This document shows, piece after piece, positions 37,400-48,568 of a stretch of 64,000 nucleotides of DNA; within the stretch, counting starts at the first letter, position 1; each line of letters starts with the position of its first letter. A program made the translations under genes and the position numbers. Below the pieces are notes generated by a model. It saw only the letters and a program-made list of their open reading frames with translations, made no database searches and was not told the DNA's origin. Origin of the DNA: an uncultured Gemmatimonadales bacterium (GTDB taxonomy: Bacteria > Gemmatimonadota > Gemmatimonadetes > Palauibacterales > Palauibacteraceae); the NCBI GenBank assembly GCA_963783385.1, contig CAWANJ010000002.1:256001-320000 (forward strand). Direction: 5' to 3'.

Positions 37400-40300
37400 A
37401 TGCCCCGGCTTCGGCCGTCCGCCCTGTGCCTCGTCCTCGCGCTCGCGCTGTCCGCCGGCCCCCTGACCGCTCAGGACGCGTCCTCTCCCACACGACTCCT
37501 GCACCAGCCGGACGTGAGCGCCACCTCCGTCGCGTTCGCGTACGCCGGGGACATCTGGATCGTGCCCCGGTCCGGCGGCGACGCGCGGCGCGTCACCTCC
37601 TCGCCGACCGTCGACGCGGACCCCCACTTCTCGCCCGACGGCAAATGGCTGGCCTTCACGGGATCCTACGGGGGCAACCCGGACGTGTACGTGGTCCCGG
37701 TCGACGGAGGCGAGCCGCGGCGGCTGACCTGGCACCCCGGCGCCGACCAGGTGCGCGGGTGGACACCGGACGGCCAGCGCGTGGTGTTCGTCTCGACCCG
37801 CACCGGCGTCCCCGACGCCGAGCCCAAGCTGTGGACCGTGGCCACGACGGGCGGGCTTCCGGAGCCCATGGTCATCCCAAGGGCCCAGGCCGGCTCCATC
37901 TCTCCCGACGGCAAGTACGCCGCCTACCAGATGGTGCGTCCCTGGGAGAGCGAGATGCAGAACTACCGGGGCGGTCAGAACCAGCCGATCCGCATCCTGG
38001 ACCTGGCCAGCTACGCCCTGAAGAAGGTCCCTTGGACGAACAGCCGGGACCAGCAGCCCGTGTGGCAGGGCAAGACCATCTACTTCATCTCGGACCGCGA
38101 CTGGACCAACAACGTGTGGTCCTACGACACCGGGACAGGCGCCCTGAAGCAGATCACCCGCTACTCCGACTTCGAGGTGGAGAGCGTCAACACGGGCGGC
38201 GGCGCCGTCGTCTACGCCCAGGCCGGCGACATCCACCTGTACGACCCCTCCACGGGGCAGGACCGGAAGCTGGACGTTCACGTGACCGGCGACTTCCCGT
38301 GGGCCATGCCGCACGCCGTGGACGTGTCGGGGGACCTCACGAACCCGCAGCTCTCGCCCACGGGCGTGCGCGCCCTGTTCGAGGGGCGCGGGGACGTGTT
38401 CACGGTGCCCACGAAGGAGGGCACCTGGAGGGACCTGACCCGCTCCTCCGGCGCGGCGGACCGCTCGCCGGTGTGGTCGCCGGACGGGAAGCGGATCGCC
38501 TGGTTCAGCGACGCCTCCGGCGAGTACCGCCTCATGGTGGGCAGCCAGGACGGGACGGGCGTCGTCAAGGCCTACCCGATCCCGCATCCCAGCTACTTCT
38601 ACGACCCGGCCTGGTCGCCCGACGGCACCAGGATCCTGTTCAGCGACGCGGAGATGAACCTGCGCTACCTGGACCTCGAGACCGGCAAGACCACGCAGGT
38701 CGACCAGGGCAACTACACCTGGCCCAACCGCGACATGGCGCCGATCTGGTCGCCCGACTCGCGCTGGATCGCCTACCAGAAGCGGCTGCCGGGCTCGCAG
38801 TTCCACGCCATCTTCGTGTACTCGTTGGCCGACGGGCAGGCTCACCAGGTCACCGACGGGATGTCCGAGGCCATCGACCCGGCATGGGACGCGAGCGGGA
38901 AGTACCTGCTCTTCCTGGCCTCGACGGACTTCGCCCTCAACACGGGCTGGCTGGACATGAGCTCCTACGACCGGCCCGTGCACCGCGGCATCTACCTGGC
39001 CGTGCTCCCCTCGGGCGTGCCCTCGCCCCTCCTCCCGGAGACGGGGGACGAGCCCGGGTCCGGCACCTCGAACGGGAACGGCGAGAAGGGTGGAAAGGCG
39101 GCCGCGGACACGGCGGCCCCGCACGTCACCATCGACTTCGACGGCCTGTCGCAGCGCATCGTGGCCCTGGACGTCCCCAGCCGGGAATACGGCGTGCTCC
39201 GGGCCGGCAAGGCGGGACAGTTCTTCTACCTGGAGCGCGTCCCGAACCACGCCGACATCCTGCACCGCTACGACCTGAAGGAGAAGAAGGCGGTCGACTT
39301 CGTGGAGGCGGCCGCGCCGGAATACGCCCTCTCCCGGGACGGGAAGAAGCTCCTGTACGAGGGGGCGAACGGCGAGGGGCGTCCCAGCCACCACTGGTCC
39401 GTGGTCGAGGCCGACGGCGCGCCACCGGCGGCGGGCAAGGGCGCCCTGGCCACGTCGGGGCTCAAGATGGACCTGGACCCGACGGCCGAGTGGAAGCAGA
39501 TCTTCGACGAGGCGTGGCGCATCGAGCGCGACTACCTGTACGTGGCCAACATGAACGGCGCGGACTGGCCGGCCATCAAGACCAAGTACGCCGTGCTCCT
39601 CCCCTACGTGCGTCACCGCGCCGACCTCAGCCAGCTCCTGGACGAGATGCAGGGCGAGCTGTCGATCGCGCACAGCTTCGTGGGCGGCGGCGACCTGCCG
39701 AAGGCGGACGCCGAGCCGGCCGGGCTCCTCGGGGCGGACCTCGCGGTCGACCACGGGCGCTACCGCATCCAGAAGATCTACACGGGCGAGAACTGGAACC
39801 CCGACCTCCGGGCCCCGCTCTCCGCGCCCGGCGTGGACGTGCAAGCAGGGCGACTACATCCTGGCGGTGAACGGCCACGACGCTGCAGGCGCCCGAGAGC
39901 CCGTACGCGCCCTTCGTGGGCACCGTGGGCCGGCAGGTGCAGCTCCGGGTGAACGACCGTCCGACCGAGGAGGGCTCGCGCCTGGTCACCGTCGTGCCGG
40001 TGGCCAGCGAGGCGGCGCTGCGCACGCGCGACTGGATCGAGTCGAACCGCCGGAAGGTGGACAGCCTCTCGAACGGCAAGCTCGCGTACGTCTACGTTCC
40101 CAACACCGGGCGGGGCGGCTACACGAGCTTCAACCGCTACTACTTCTCCCAGCAGGAGAAGAAGGGCGCGGTCATCGACGAGCGCTTCAACCACGGCGGC
40201 AGCATCGCCGACTACATGGTCGACATCATGAGCCGCAAGCTGCACGGCTACTTCAGCCAGCGGCTCGGGAACCGCTACGACGCCGTGACCGCGCCGGCGG

Positions 40301-40722
40301 CGGCCATCTGGGGGCCGAAGGTGCTCCTCATCAACGAGATGAGCGGCTCCGGCGGGGACATGTTCCCGTACATGTTCAAGCAGATGGGCATCGGTCCCCT
40401 GATCGGGACGAAGACCTGGGGCGGCCTGGTGGGGTGGGGCGGAGAGCCACGCTTCGTGGACGGCGGCTTCATCTCGGCGCCGAGCACCGGCTTCTACGAC
40501 CCGCAGGGCCACTGGGCGGTCGAGAACGAGGGCGTCGCGCCCGATATCGAGGTGGAGCAGACGCCGGCGCAGCTCATCGCGGGTCACGACCCGCAGCTCG
40601 AGCGCGGCGTGGCCGAGGCGATGAAGCGGCTGCAGGAGCACCCGTTCGAGCGCAAGCCCGTGCCGCCGGGGCCCGATCGGGCCCACCCGCAGAAGGGCGG
40701 GGCGGGCGGCGGAGGACGCTAG
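37400..40722 (+). CDS. Tricorn-like S41 protease (PD40 propellers, PDZ, catalytic domain), two +1 frameshifts near 39849 and 39882
   Basis: Repeated WSPDG, then DERFNHGG, SGSGGD and ENEGVAPD. Removing two bases restores VQAGDYILAVNGH(D/E)LQAPESPY. Confidence 0.88.
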
Positions 40723-40744
40723 CCGCCGGGCCGGCCGAGCGAGC

Positions 40745-40773
40745 AGGGCCCCGCGCGGGACGCGCGGGGCCCT
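40745..40773 (+). terminator. GC-rich hairpin after the tricorn gene
   Basis: Perfect 12-bp stem AGGGCCCCGCGC / GCGCGGGGCCCT with a 5-nt loop, but no U-tract. Confidence 0.35.
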
Positions 40774-40809
40774 CGAGCCGGACGACGCGACCTCGAGCAG
40801 GAGGAGACC

Positions 40810-41316
40810 ATGGCGAGCTCGTCCGAGGTGAACTTCGTACGGCAACAGGGCTTCCGTGAGGCCGCGGCGCCATCGTGCGGTCTCCACTACCGGGCTCTGG
40901 TGTTCCAGCCGCGGATCGTCGGGGTGGTGCTGGCCGCCGCGGTCGTCCTGCAGGCGTGGTACCTGTTCCTCCCGCTCGGGGCGCTCCTGTGGTGGAACGC
41001 TGTCGCCCCCGAGGCCAACCCGTTCGATGCGGCCTACAACCTCCTGCTCGCCGGGCGTGGCGGTCGGCTGCGGCTGGAGCCAGCCCCGCCCCCGCGCCGC
41101 TTCGCCCAGGGCATGGCCGGCAGCCTCATGATCGCGATCGGACTCGCCCTCCTCGCGGGCGCGACCGTGCTGGCCTGGGTGCTGGAGGCGTTCGTGGTCG
41201 CGGCCTTCAGCGCCCTCGTTTTCGGCAAGTTCTGCCTGGGCTCCTACATCTTCTACTGGATGCGCGGCGAGGGTGAGTTCGCCAACCGCACGCTTCCCTG
41301 GTCGAAGGAGAGGTGA
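40810..41316 (+). CDS. DUF4395 family membrane protein
   Basis: Motifs PRRFAQGMAG and FGKFCLG, multiple TMs, SD AGGAGG. Confidence 0.75.
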   Translation: MASSSEVNFVRQQGFREAAAPSCGLHYRALVFQPRIVGVVLAAAVVLQAWYLFLPLGALLWWNAVAPEANPFDAAYNLLLAGRGGRLRLEPAPPPRRFAQGMAGSLMIAIGLALLAGATVLAWVLEAFVVAAFSALVFGKFCLGSYIFYWMRGEGEFANRTLPWSKER

Positions 41317-41321
41317 TTCGC

Positions 41322-42062
41322 GTGGACGATAGCGCCGCCCGTCCGGCTCCCGACCCCGTGCGCCGACAGGTCCGGCTCCTGACGGCCTACGCGGTCCTGT
41401 CCACGGCCGCCATCCTCGTCCTCCTGTGGGCGACCTTCCTGCGGCCGACGACGACGAGCTTCGGGCACATCCGCGCGCAGCGGGTGGACGTCGTGGAGCC
41501 CGATGGTCGCCTGGCCCTGGTCCTCTCGGACGAGGCGCGCATGCCGGGCCCGATCCTGAACGGTCGCGAGGTCCAGCCGCGCCACGGCGCGGCCGGCCTC
41601 CTGTTCTTCAACGCGAACGGGGACGAGACGGGGGGACTCGTGTACGGCGACTCCCGCGGAGACTCGGCCCGGGAGCACGAGGTGCACATGTCGTTCGACC
41701 AGTACGAGGACGACCAGGTCCTGATTCTGGACCACATCCAGAGGGGAGACCGGGTGGCCACCGGGATCCGGGTCATGGACCGGCGGGCGCCCTTCACCCT
41801 GGCGAAGATGGTGGAGATGCAGCGGCTGTCGAAGGAGGGCACGGCCGATCAGCAGCAGGAGGCGAAGCGCTGGCTGGCGGAACACGGGAAGGAGTATCGC
41901 GCGGCCAACCGGGTCGTCCTCGGGAGCTACGGTCGCTCCGCCCTCCTGCAGCTCAACGACACCGAGGGCCGTCCCCGCATCCGCATGGTCGTGGACTCGA
42001 CGGACGCCGTGCGCCTCGAGTTCCTGGACGCGAGCGGGAAGGTCGTGCGGCGGTTGCCCTGA
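41322..42062 (+). CDS. Hypothetical single-TM protein with beta-rich extracytoplasmic domain
   Basis: Open frame with coding-like codon usage and an N-terminal TM. Contains RAQRVDVVEPDG, GLLFFN..GDE.GGL and LEFLDASGKVV. Start 41313 or 41322. Confidence 0.65.
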   Translation: MDDSAARPAPDPVRRQVRLLTAYAVLSTAAILVLLWATFLRPTTTSFGHIRAQRVDVVEPDGRLALVLSDEARMPGPILNGREVQPRHGAAGLLFFNANGDETGGLVYGDSRGDSAREHEVHMSFDQYEDDQVLILDHIQRGDRVATGIRVMDRRAPFTLAKMVEMQRLSKEGTADQQQEAKRWLAEHGKEYRAANRVVLGSYGRSALLQLNDTEGRPRIRMVVDSTDAVRLEFLDASGKVVRRLP

Positions 42063-42143
42063 GCGACGAGGGCGGCCGACCGCCCTCCGTCCGAATGGTT
42101 TCGAGGCCGACGGGCGGTCGATGGTGCGCCCCGGGAGCGGACC

Positions 42144-43859
42144 TCAGCTTTTCAGTCCGATGACCTGTACGAGCCTCGCGTAACGGGCATCGGCGCGGAG
42201 CGGATCGTAGCTCGGATCCACGTGCAGGTAGATGAGGCCGGACGATCGCGCCGCCAGGGCGCGATCCAGGGCCGCGAAGGCCCGATCGAGGTCTCCGAGC
42301 GCCGCCCAGCCGGCCGCCACGAACTCGGCGCGGACGTAGCCGGCCGCCTCGTCGGCTTCGAGGGCCGTGAGGATCGTGGTGGCCTCGTCCTTCCGGCCGA
42401 GGGCCGCCAGCGCCTGGGTCACGTGGGCCCGTACCGAGAGGAAGGCATCGGTACGGTCCGCCTCGCGCAGCGTCTCCAGGGCGCGCTCCGGCTCTCCGCT
42501 GGCCAGATACGCCTGACCCATGTGCACCAGCGCGTGGGTGAACCCGGGGTTGACATCCAGGGTCCGGCGTGCCTGCTCGATGGCCTCGTCGTAGCGGCGG
42601 AGGTAGAGGAGGAACCGGGCCGTGAACCGCCCGAAGGTGGCCGACATGGGATCGAGGGCCAGGGCGGAGCGCATCTCCTCGACAGCCTCGGGGAGCTGGC
42701 CATTGGGGGGCAGGATGGTGGCCAGCCCCCAGTGCGCGTCGGCGTAGTTGGGGTTCACGGCCACGGCGCGCCGCAGGGCGAGTTCGGCTTCGTCGAACGC
42801 CCAGTCGTACCAGCCCAGCACCTTGCCCAGGGCCGTGTGCGCTTCGGAAAGGGTGTCGTCCAGCTCGATGGCGCGCTGCGCCGCCCGCTTCGCCTCGGGA
42901 TACGCTTCGGCCGGAGGCACCCAGTCGTCCGCGAGGTTCATCCAGGAGTCGGCGATGCCGGCGTAGGCGCGGGCGTATCCCGGGTCGACGTCGAGGGCCT
43001 TCTCGTAGAAGACCAGGCTGCGGCGCAGCTCCTCCTCCGTGAACCGGTTGTAGACGTAACGCCCCTTCAGGTAGAGCTGGTACGCCTCCACGTTGCCGGT
43101 GGTCTGGTGCACGAGCGGAGCCGCGCGGATGTCGCCCCCGAGCTGCACCTTGAGAGCCTCCACGATCGAGCGCGCGATGTCGTCCTGGATGGCGAACACA
43201 TCCTCGAGCTTCCGGTCGTAGCTCTCCGACCACAGGTGATAGCCCCTGGCGGCGCTGATCAACTGGGCCGTGATCCGAAGTCGGTTTCCGGACTTCCGGA
43301 CGCTGCCCTCCAGGACCGTCGCGACTCCGAGCTTCTCGGCGATCTCGCGCACGTCCGCACGGTGGTCCTTGAACGCGAACGAGGACGTCCGGGACGCCAC
43401 CTTGATGTCCCGGACCTTGACGAGGGCGTTGAGGATCTCCTCCGTCATCCCGTCGCTGAAGTACTCGTTGTCCCGATCGTCGCTCATGTTGACGAAGGGA
43501 AGGACCGCGATGGAGCGCTCGTCCGGGGCACGAGCGGTCGCCTGGGTCGGCGGGGCGGCGGCCGCGGAGCCCGTGGCATCGCCCTCGCCAACGGCCGTTC
43601 GGGTATCGCCCTGCCCGTCGGCCGGTTTCGATCCGTGGGAGGCGTGGGAACGGTCGGCGCTCCACGCGATGACCAGGGCGACGGGAAAGCCCAGCAGCGC
43701 GAGGGCGACGACGAGGGAGATGCCCCACCGGGGGATGGCCAGCGCGGGAAAGATGACCGAGGCCGCCTGGATGACGATCCACGCCACCACCACGTAGACC
43801 GCGACCACGCGGAAGATGCGTCTCCGCCTGATCTCTCCCAGCAGGGCTCCGAATTCCAT
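42144..43859 (-). CDS. TolB-like/TPR signalling protein with two N-terminal TM helices
   Basis: SIAVLPFVNMS...EYFSDGMTEEIL and LEGSVRKSGNRLRITAQLI, followed by TPR repeats. No kinase or cyclase domain. Confidence 0.85.
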   Translation of the reverse strand: MEFGALLGEIRRRRIFRVVAVYVVVAWIVIQAASVIFPALAIPRWGISLVVALALLGFPVALVIAWSADRSHASHGSKPADGQGDTRTAVGEGDATGSAAAAPPTQATARAPDERSIAVLPFVNMSDDRDNEYFSDGMTEEILNALVKVRDIKVASRTSSFAFKDHRADVREIAEKLGVATVLEGSVRKSGNRLRITAQLISAARGYHLWSESYDRKLEDVFAIQDDIARSIVEALKVQLGGDIRAAPLVHQTTGNVEAYQLYLKGRYVYNRFTEEELRRSLVFYEKALDVDPGYARAYAGIADSWMNLADDWVPPAEAYPEAKRAAQRAIELDDTLSEAHTALGKVLGWYDWAFDEAELALRRAVAVNPNYADAHWGLATILPPNGQLPEAVEEMRSALALDPMSATFGRFTARFLLYLRRYDEAIEQARRTLDVNPGFTHALVHMGQAYLASGEPERALETLREADRTDAFLSVRAHVTQALAALGRKDEATTILTALEADEAAGYVRAEFVAAGWAALGDLDRAFAALDRALAARSSGLIYLHVDPSYDPLRADARYARLVQVIGLKS

Positions 43860-44086
43860 CGAGAGGTTCCAGTCCCGCCGGTTGAGGGATGGCGCCGCGA
43901 AGGACGTTACCGTGCGATCGGTTCCGAGCGCCGACCGATCGGCGCGTCCCCAAGATAGACCGGGGCGCGGGGCCTCGACAGGGCGGTGCGCGCCCGTGCG
44001 GACGTCGATCCGCGGGGTCGTGTGATGGCGAGCATGGAGCGGTGGGAGGGAGGCGGGCCGCCGCGCCGCCTCCCCCGCCCCGGCGC

Positions 44087-46901
44087 CTACGGCTCGGATT
44101 TCCCTCCGTCCATGGACAGGGTCTTCACGTCGGCCACGCCGAGGGCCCGGATCGGCGCCTCGATCTTCGACCGGTCACCCACCACCACCCAGATCATGCG
44201 GCCGGGCCGCACGACCTCCCGGGCGGCCGCGTTGGCCTGCTCGAGCGTCACCGAGCGCACCCGATCCGGGTAGGTGCTCCAGTAGTCCATCGGCAGGCCG
44301 AACTCGACGAGCTCCGAGATGTCGCTCGCCACGGCCTGGCTCGTCTCCCACCGCCCGGGCAGGGTCCGGGTGGCCTGGTCCTTGACCTTGGTGAGCTCGT
44401 CGGCCGTCACCGGCTTCTGACCCACGATGCCCTGGAACTCGCCCAGCGCCTCCCGGATCGACTCGGCCGTCTTGTCGGTCTGGACGGGGGCGTAGAGGAT
44501 GAACGGGCGCTGTCCGTGCGCGTCCAGGAGCAGGGTCTGGGCCCCGTAGGACCAGTGCTTGTCCTCGCGGAGGTTCATGTTGACGCGCGAGGTGAAGCTC
44601 CCGCCCAGGACCGTGTTCATCATCTGGATCTGGACCTCGTCCGGGTTGGCCTTGGGCGGCGCCACCTCGCCGGCGAAGATGAGCGACTGGGGCGAGCCCG
44701 GCTTGTCCACCAGGTAGATGGTCGGCCGTGCGGGGGCGTCCACGTGACCGATCTCCTTTCGAGGAACGCTCCCCTTCTTCCAGCCCGAGAACAGCTTTTC
44801 CAGCCTGGGCTCGAGCTCCTCCATCGAAATGGGGCCGACCACCACCAGGGTGGCGTTGTTGGGAACCAGCCACGTGTCGTGGAACGTCTGAAGGCCGGCC
44901 CGGTCGATCCTGGCGATCGACGCCTCGGTGCCGGACCCGGTGAGCGGGTTGCCGTAGGCGTGGTGCTCGCCGTACAGGAGTCCCGGCAGGAGCCGGAGGG
45001 CCATGGTGATCGGCTGGTTCTTCTCCTGAGTGATGGACGCGAGGAGCTGCTTCCGCTGCCGCTCCAGCTCCTCGGAGGGGAAGCTGGGGCGGAGGAGGAT
45101 GTCGCCCAGCAGCTCCAGGGACGGATCGAGGTTCTCCTGCAGGGCCGACAGGGTCACGAAGGAGGCGTCCAGGTCCGAGCTGGTCCCGATACGGGCTCCG
45201 AGCTCCTGCTCGCGCTCGCTGATCTGGAGGGCGTTCATGTTCGTGGTGCCCTCGTCCAGCATGCCCATGGCGAGACGGGCGGTGCCCGGTATGTCCAGCG
45301 CGTCGGACGCGTAGCCCGCGTCGAAGATGAGTCGGAAGTTCACTACCGGGACGGCGTCACGCCGCGCCAGGAGCACCCGCAGGCCGTTGGAGAGGGTGGT
45401 CCGCTCGATGGCCGGGAAGCTCGGCGCGGGAGGCGCCCCGGGCACGGGAACGCCTTTAGAACGGTCCACCTGGCTCGCCGCGGCCGCGTAGGAGGGGAAG
45501 GGACGCACGGTCAGGATGAACACGCCGTCCGACAGCCAGTCGCGCGCCGTCTTCTGCAGGTCCGCCGCGGTCGCCCCGGCCACGTCGGAGAGCTGCTTCT
45601 TGTAGGTGTCGGGGTCGCCCCTGTAGGCCTGACCGCGGGCCAGGATGTCCGACTTGCCCCCGAAGCCGCCGATGCGCTCGATGCCGCGGAGGAAGTTGGC
45701 CCGGTAGCCTGTCTTCACCCGCGCGAGCTCGTCGGCCGTGGGGCCCTCGGCCAGGAAGCGCGCCATCTCTTCGTGGATCTCGGCACGAAGCGTGGCAGGG
45801 TCCTGACCGGGCTTGGCGGTCGCGATGACCATGAACTGCCCGCCGATCTCGTTCAGGCTCGCGAACGCGTTCACGCTGGTGGCGATCTGGTCGTCGTAGA
45901 CCAGCCGCTTGTACAGGCGGCTCGCCTTGCCGGTGGACAGCACGTCGCTCACCAGGTCGAGGTAGGTGGCGTCCGTGGACCCCCACTCCGGGATGTTCCA
46001 CACCTCGTATACGCGGGCCAGGGGCACGCGGTCGTCCATTTCCATGGTGTGCGTGCCATACATCCTGGCGACCCACGTCCCCTGGTGATCGACCGGAGGC
46101 CCGGGCGGGATGTCGCCGAAGTACTTCTCGACCTCCGCCTCCACCTTCGCCGCGTCCACGTCCCCGGCGATCGACAGCACGGCGTTGGACGGCCCGTAGT
46201 ACTGCCCGAACCACTCCCTGACATCGGCCACGCTGGCCGCGTCCAGGTCCTTCATCGAGCCGATCACCGTGTGGTGGTAGGGATGCCCGACGGGGTACGT
46301 GTTGTGGGCGATGAAGGTGAAGACCTTGCCGTAGGGTTGGTTCTCGCCCTGCCTCTTCTCGTTCTGCACCACGCCGCGCTGCTCGTCGACCTTGGCTGTG
46401 TCGATGGCGCCGACCAGGTGGCCCATGCGGTCCGACTCCATCCACAGGGCCATGTCCAGCGCCGTGTTCGGCACGTTCTCGAAGTAGTTGGTGCGGTCCT
46501 CGTTCGTGGTGCCGTTCATGTCGGTGGCGCCCGCCCGCTCGAACGGCTTGAAGTACTCGTCGTCGAAGTTCTCCGAGCCGTTGAACATCAGGTGCTCGAA
46601 CAGGTGGGCGAAGCCGCTGCGGCCATCGGGCTCGTTCTTGGAGCCCACGTGATACCAGAATGTTCACGGCCACGATCGGCGCCTTGTGGTCTTCGTGGAC
46701 CAGGAGGGTGAGGCCGTTGGCCAGCACGAACCTCTGAAAGGGGATGTCCACGGCGGCCGCCGCGGAGCCCACCGACCCCCTGTCGGAGGTCCTCGAAGCC
46801 GCGGCCGTGGCCGTCGACTGAGCGGCCGTGGATCCGGGCAGCACGGTAGCCGCCGCGAGTGCGACGGTGACGAGCACGGAATTCGGGAAGCGACGGAGCA
46901 T
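44087..46901 (-). CDS. Secreted M16 zinc peptidase (PqqL-like), frameshift near 46659
   Basis: Signal peptide, LANGL..LVHEDH and the HLFEH zinc motif. One extra T turns AVNIWYHVGS into AVNILVSRG. Confidence 0.88.
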
Positions 46902-47151
46902 GGCTTCACCTCGCTGCGAGATTCTGCCTCCCCCGGACGGAGGTCCGGGGATCGATGCCGGGCGTGCCGGTCGGGGCGTTCGACGGCGGTCGAAGTTAGA
47001 GAGTCAAAAAACTCTCGATGCCGAGCGGTCCGCGCAAGGCGCCGCGTGGAAGACAGGCCGCCGTGCGGCCAACGTGTCGCCGGGCCGGGCGGTTCCGCCG
47101 CCGTCCCGCAGCCCTCGTTGCCGGCGGCTTCCTCGCCTAGCTTGAGTGTCC

Positions 47152-48066
47152 ATGGCCACCGCCCGCTTCGTCCTCGCCCCCGACGCCCCCTTCGACTTCG
47201 AGGGAACGGCACACTCCCACGGTTGGGTCGTGCTCGCCCCCAACGCGTGGGACGAGACCACCGGCAGCATGCACCGGGTCCACCGCCTGGCGACGGGGCG
47301 GGTCGTCCGCCTGGAGCTCGGCGCCGGCGAGGGGTCGCGGAGCGGGGTGGCCGTCCGGGTCGAGCACCGCGGCCGGCTCCTGGCCGCGGACCGGCGCGCC
47401 CTGGAGGCCGACGTGCGGCACATGTTCCGCCTGGACGAGGAGCTGCGGCCCTTCTACGCCCTGTGCCGCGGGCGCGGCCGCCCCTGGAATCGCGTGTGCG
47501 GGGGCCTGGGACGGCTCCTCCGCTCTCCGACTTTGTTCGAGGACACCGTCAAGACCCTGTGCACCACCAACGTCCAGTGGGGCGGCACGAAGCGCATGGT
47601 GCGGGGCCTCGTGGACGCCTTCGGCGATCCGTGGCCGGGGGATCGGTCCCTTCGTGCCTTCCCGAGCGCGGAGACGCTGGCTGCCGTTTCGGCGGCCGAG
47701 TTCGACGCCCGCACGTCGCTGGGCTACCGTGCGGCGTACGTGCACGAGCTGGCCGGGCGCGTCGCCTCGGGCGACCTGGATCTCGAGGCCCTGGGTCGAT
47801 CCGCCCTCCCGACCGCCGAGCTTCGGGAGGAGCTCCTGGCCATCAAGGGCGTGGGGCCGTACGCGGCGGCCACGCTCCTCATGCTGGTGGGGCGTTACGA
47901 CGAGCTGGCCGTGGACAGCGTGTTCCGCGAGTTCGTGGCCGACAAGTACTTCGCCGGCGAGCGCCCGTCCGACGCGCAGGCCCGAGCCGTGTACGACGGG
48001 TGGGGCGAGTGGAAGTACCTGGCGTACTGGTTCGACCTGTGGGAGGGGGTGACGGAGGGGCTCTAA
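47152..48066 (+). CDS. HhH-GPD DNA glycosylase (AlkA/Ogg-like)
   Basis: RLLRSPTLFED, AFPSAE, LGYRA, HhH motif LLAIKGVGPYAA and catalytic VD. Confidence 0.85.
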   Translation: MATARFVLAPDAPFDFEGTAHSHGWVVLAPNAWDETTGSMHRVHRLATGRVVRLELGAGEGSRSGVAVRVEHRGRLLAADRRALEADVRHMFRLDEELRPFYALCRGRGRPWNRVCGGLGRLLRSPTLFEDTVKTLCTTNVQWGGTKRMVRGLVDAFGDPWPGDRSLRAFPSAETLAAVSAAEFDARTSLGYRAAYVHELAGRVASGDLDLEALGRSALPTAELREELLAIKGVGPYAAATLLMLVGRYDELAVDSVFREFVADKYFAGERPSDAQARAVYDGWGEWKYLAYWFDLWEGVTEGL

Positions 48067-48108
48067 TGTCTCCCTCCCGTCGCTCCACGTCCTCGACGAG
48101 GAGTCCCC

Positions 48109-48540
48109 ATGCGACGACTACCCCTGTCCGCCATGGCGCTGGTCCGGATCGCGGAAGCGTTCGACCGGCTACCCTCGCTCCCTGGCGGGGTGAACTGGAG
48201 CCTGTTCACCTTCGTGCTCGGGACGCTCGGAACGGTCCTGCTGCTGTTCGGCGCCCCGTTCGGACCCGGTCCGGACCGCCTCCTCCTGGCGGTCGTCGCC
48301 GCGGTCGCGTGGTGCCTGATGACGGCCATCATGCCGCGCAAGCTGCTGGAGATCTCGCGCGGCGGTCCGGCGGGCCGCCTGGTCCTGTGGTGGATGAGCG
48401 GGAGCGTGATCGAGTGGGGGCTGCTCGACCCGTGGGGGACCGGCGGGCGCTTCGTATTGTGGTTCGCTCTCGCCGGCTTCTTCGCCTTCCTCTGCCACGG
48501 GCGCTACGCCCTCCTCGTGCTGGAGGAGTCCGAACGCTGA
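48109..48540 (+). CDS. Hypothetical membrane protein (about 4 TM)
   Basis: SD GAGGAG and hydrophobic segments. Confidence 0.5.
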   Translation: MRRLPLSAMALVRIAEAFDRLPSLPGGVNWSLFTFVLGTLGTVLLLFGAPFGPGPDRLLLAVVAAVAWCLMTAIMPRKLLEISRGGPAGRLVLWWMSGSVIEWGLLDPWGTGGRFVLWFALAGFFAFLCHGRYALLVLEESER

Positions 48541-48568
48541 GTCCGCTCCTCCGCCGCGGCCCGCCGGC

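Noticed and set aside
39840-39890. Programmed ribosomal frameshifting in the tricorn, M16 or S9 genes
   Set aside because: There are no slippery heptamers or consistent stimulatory structures. Multiple scattered indels fit error or decay better.
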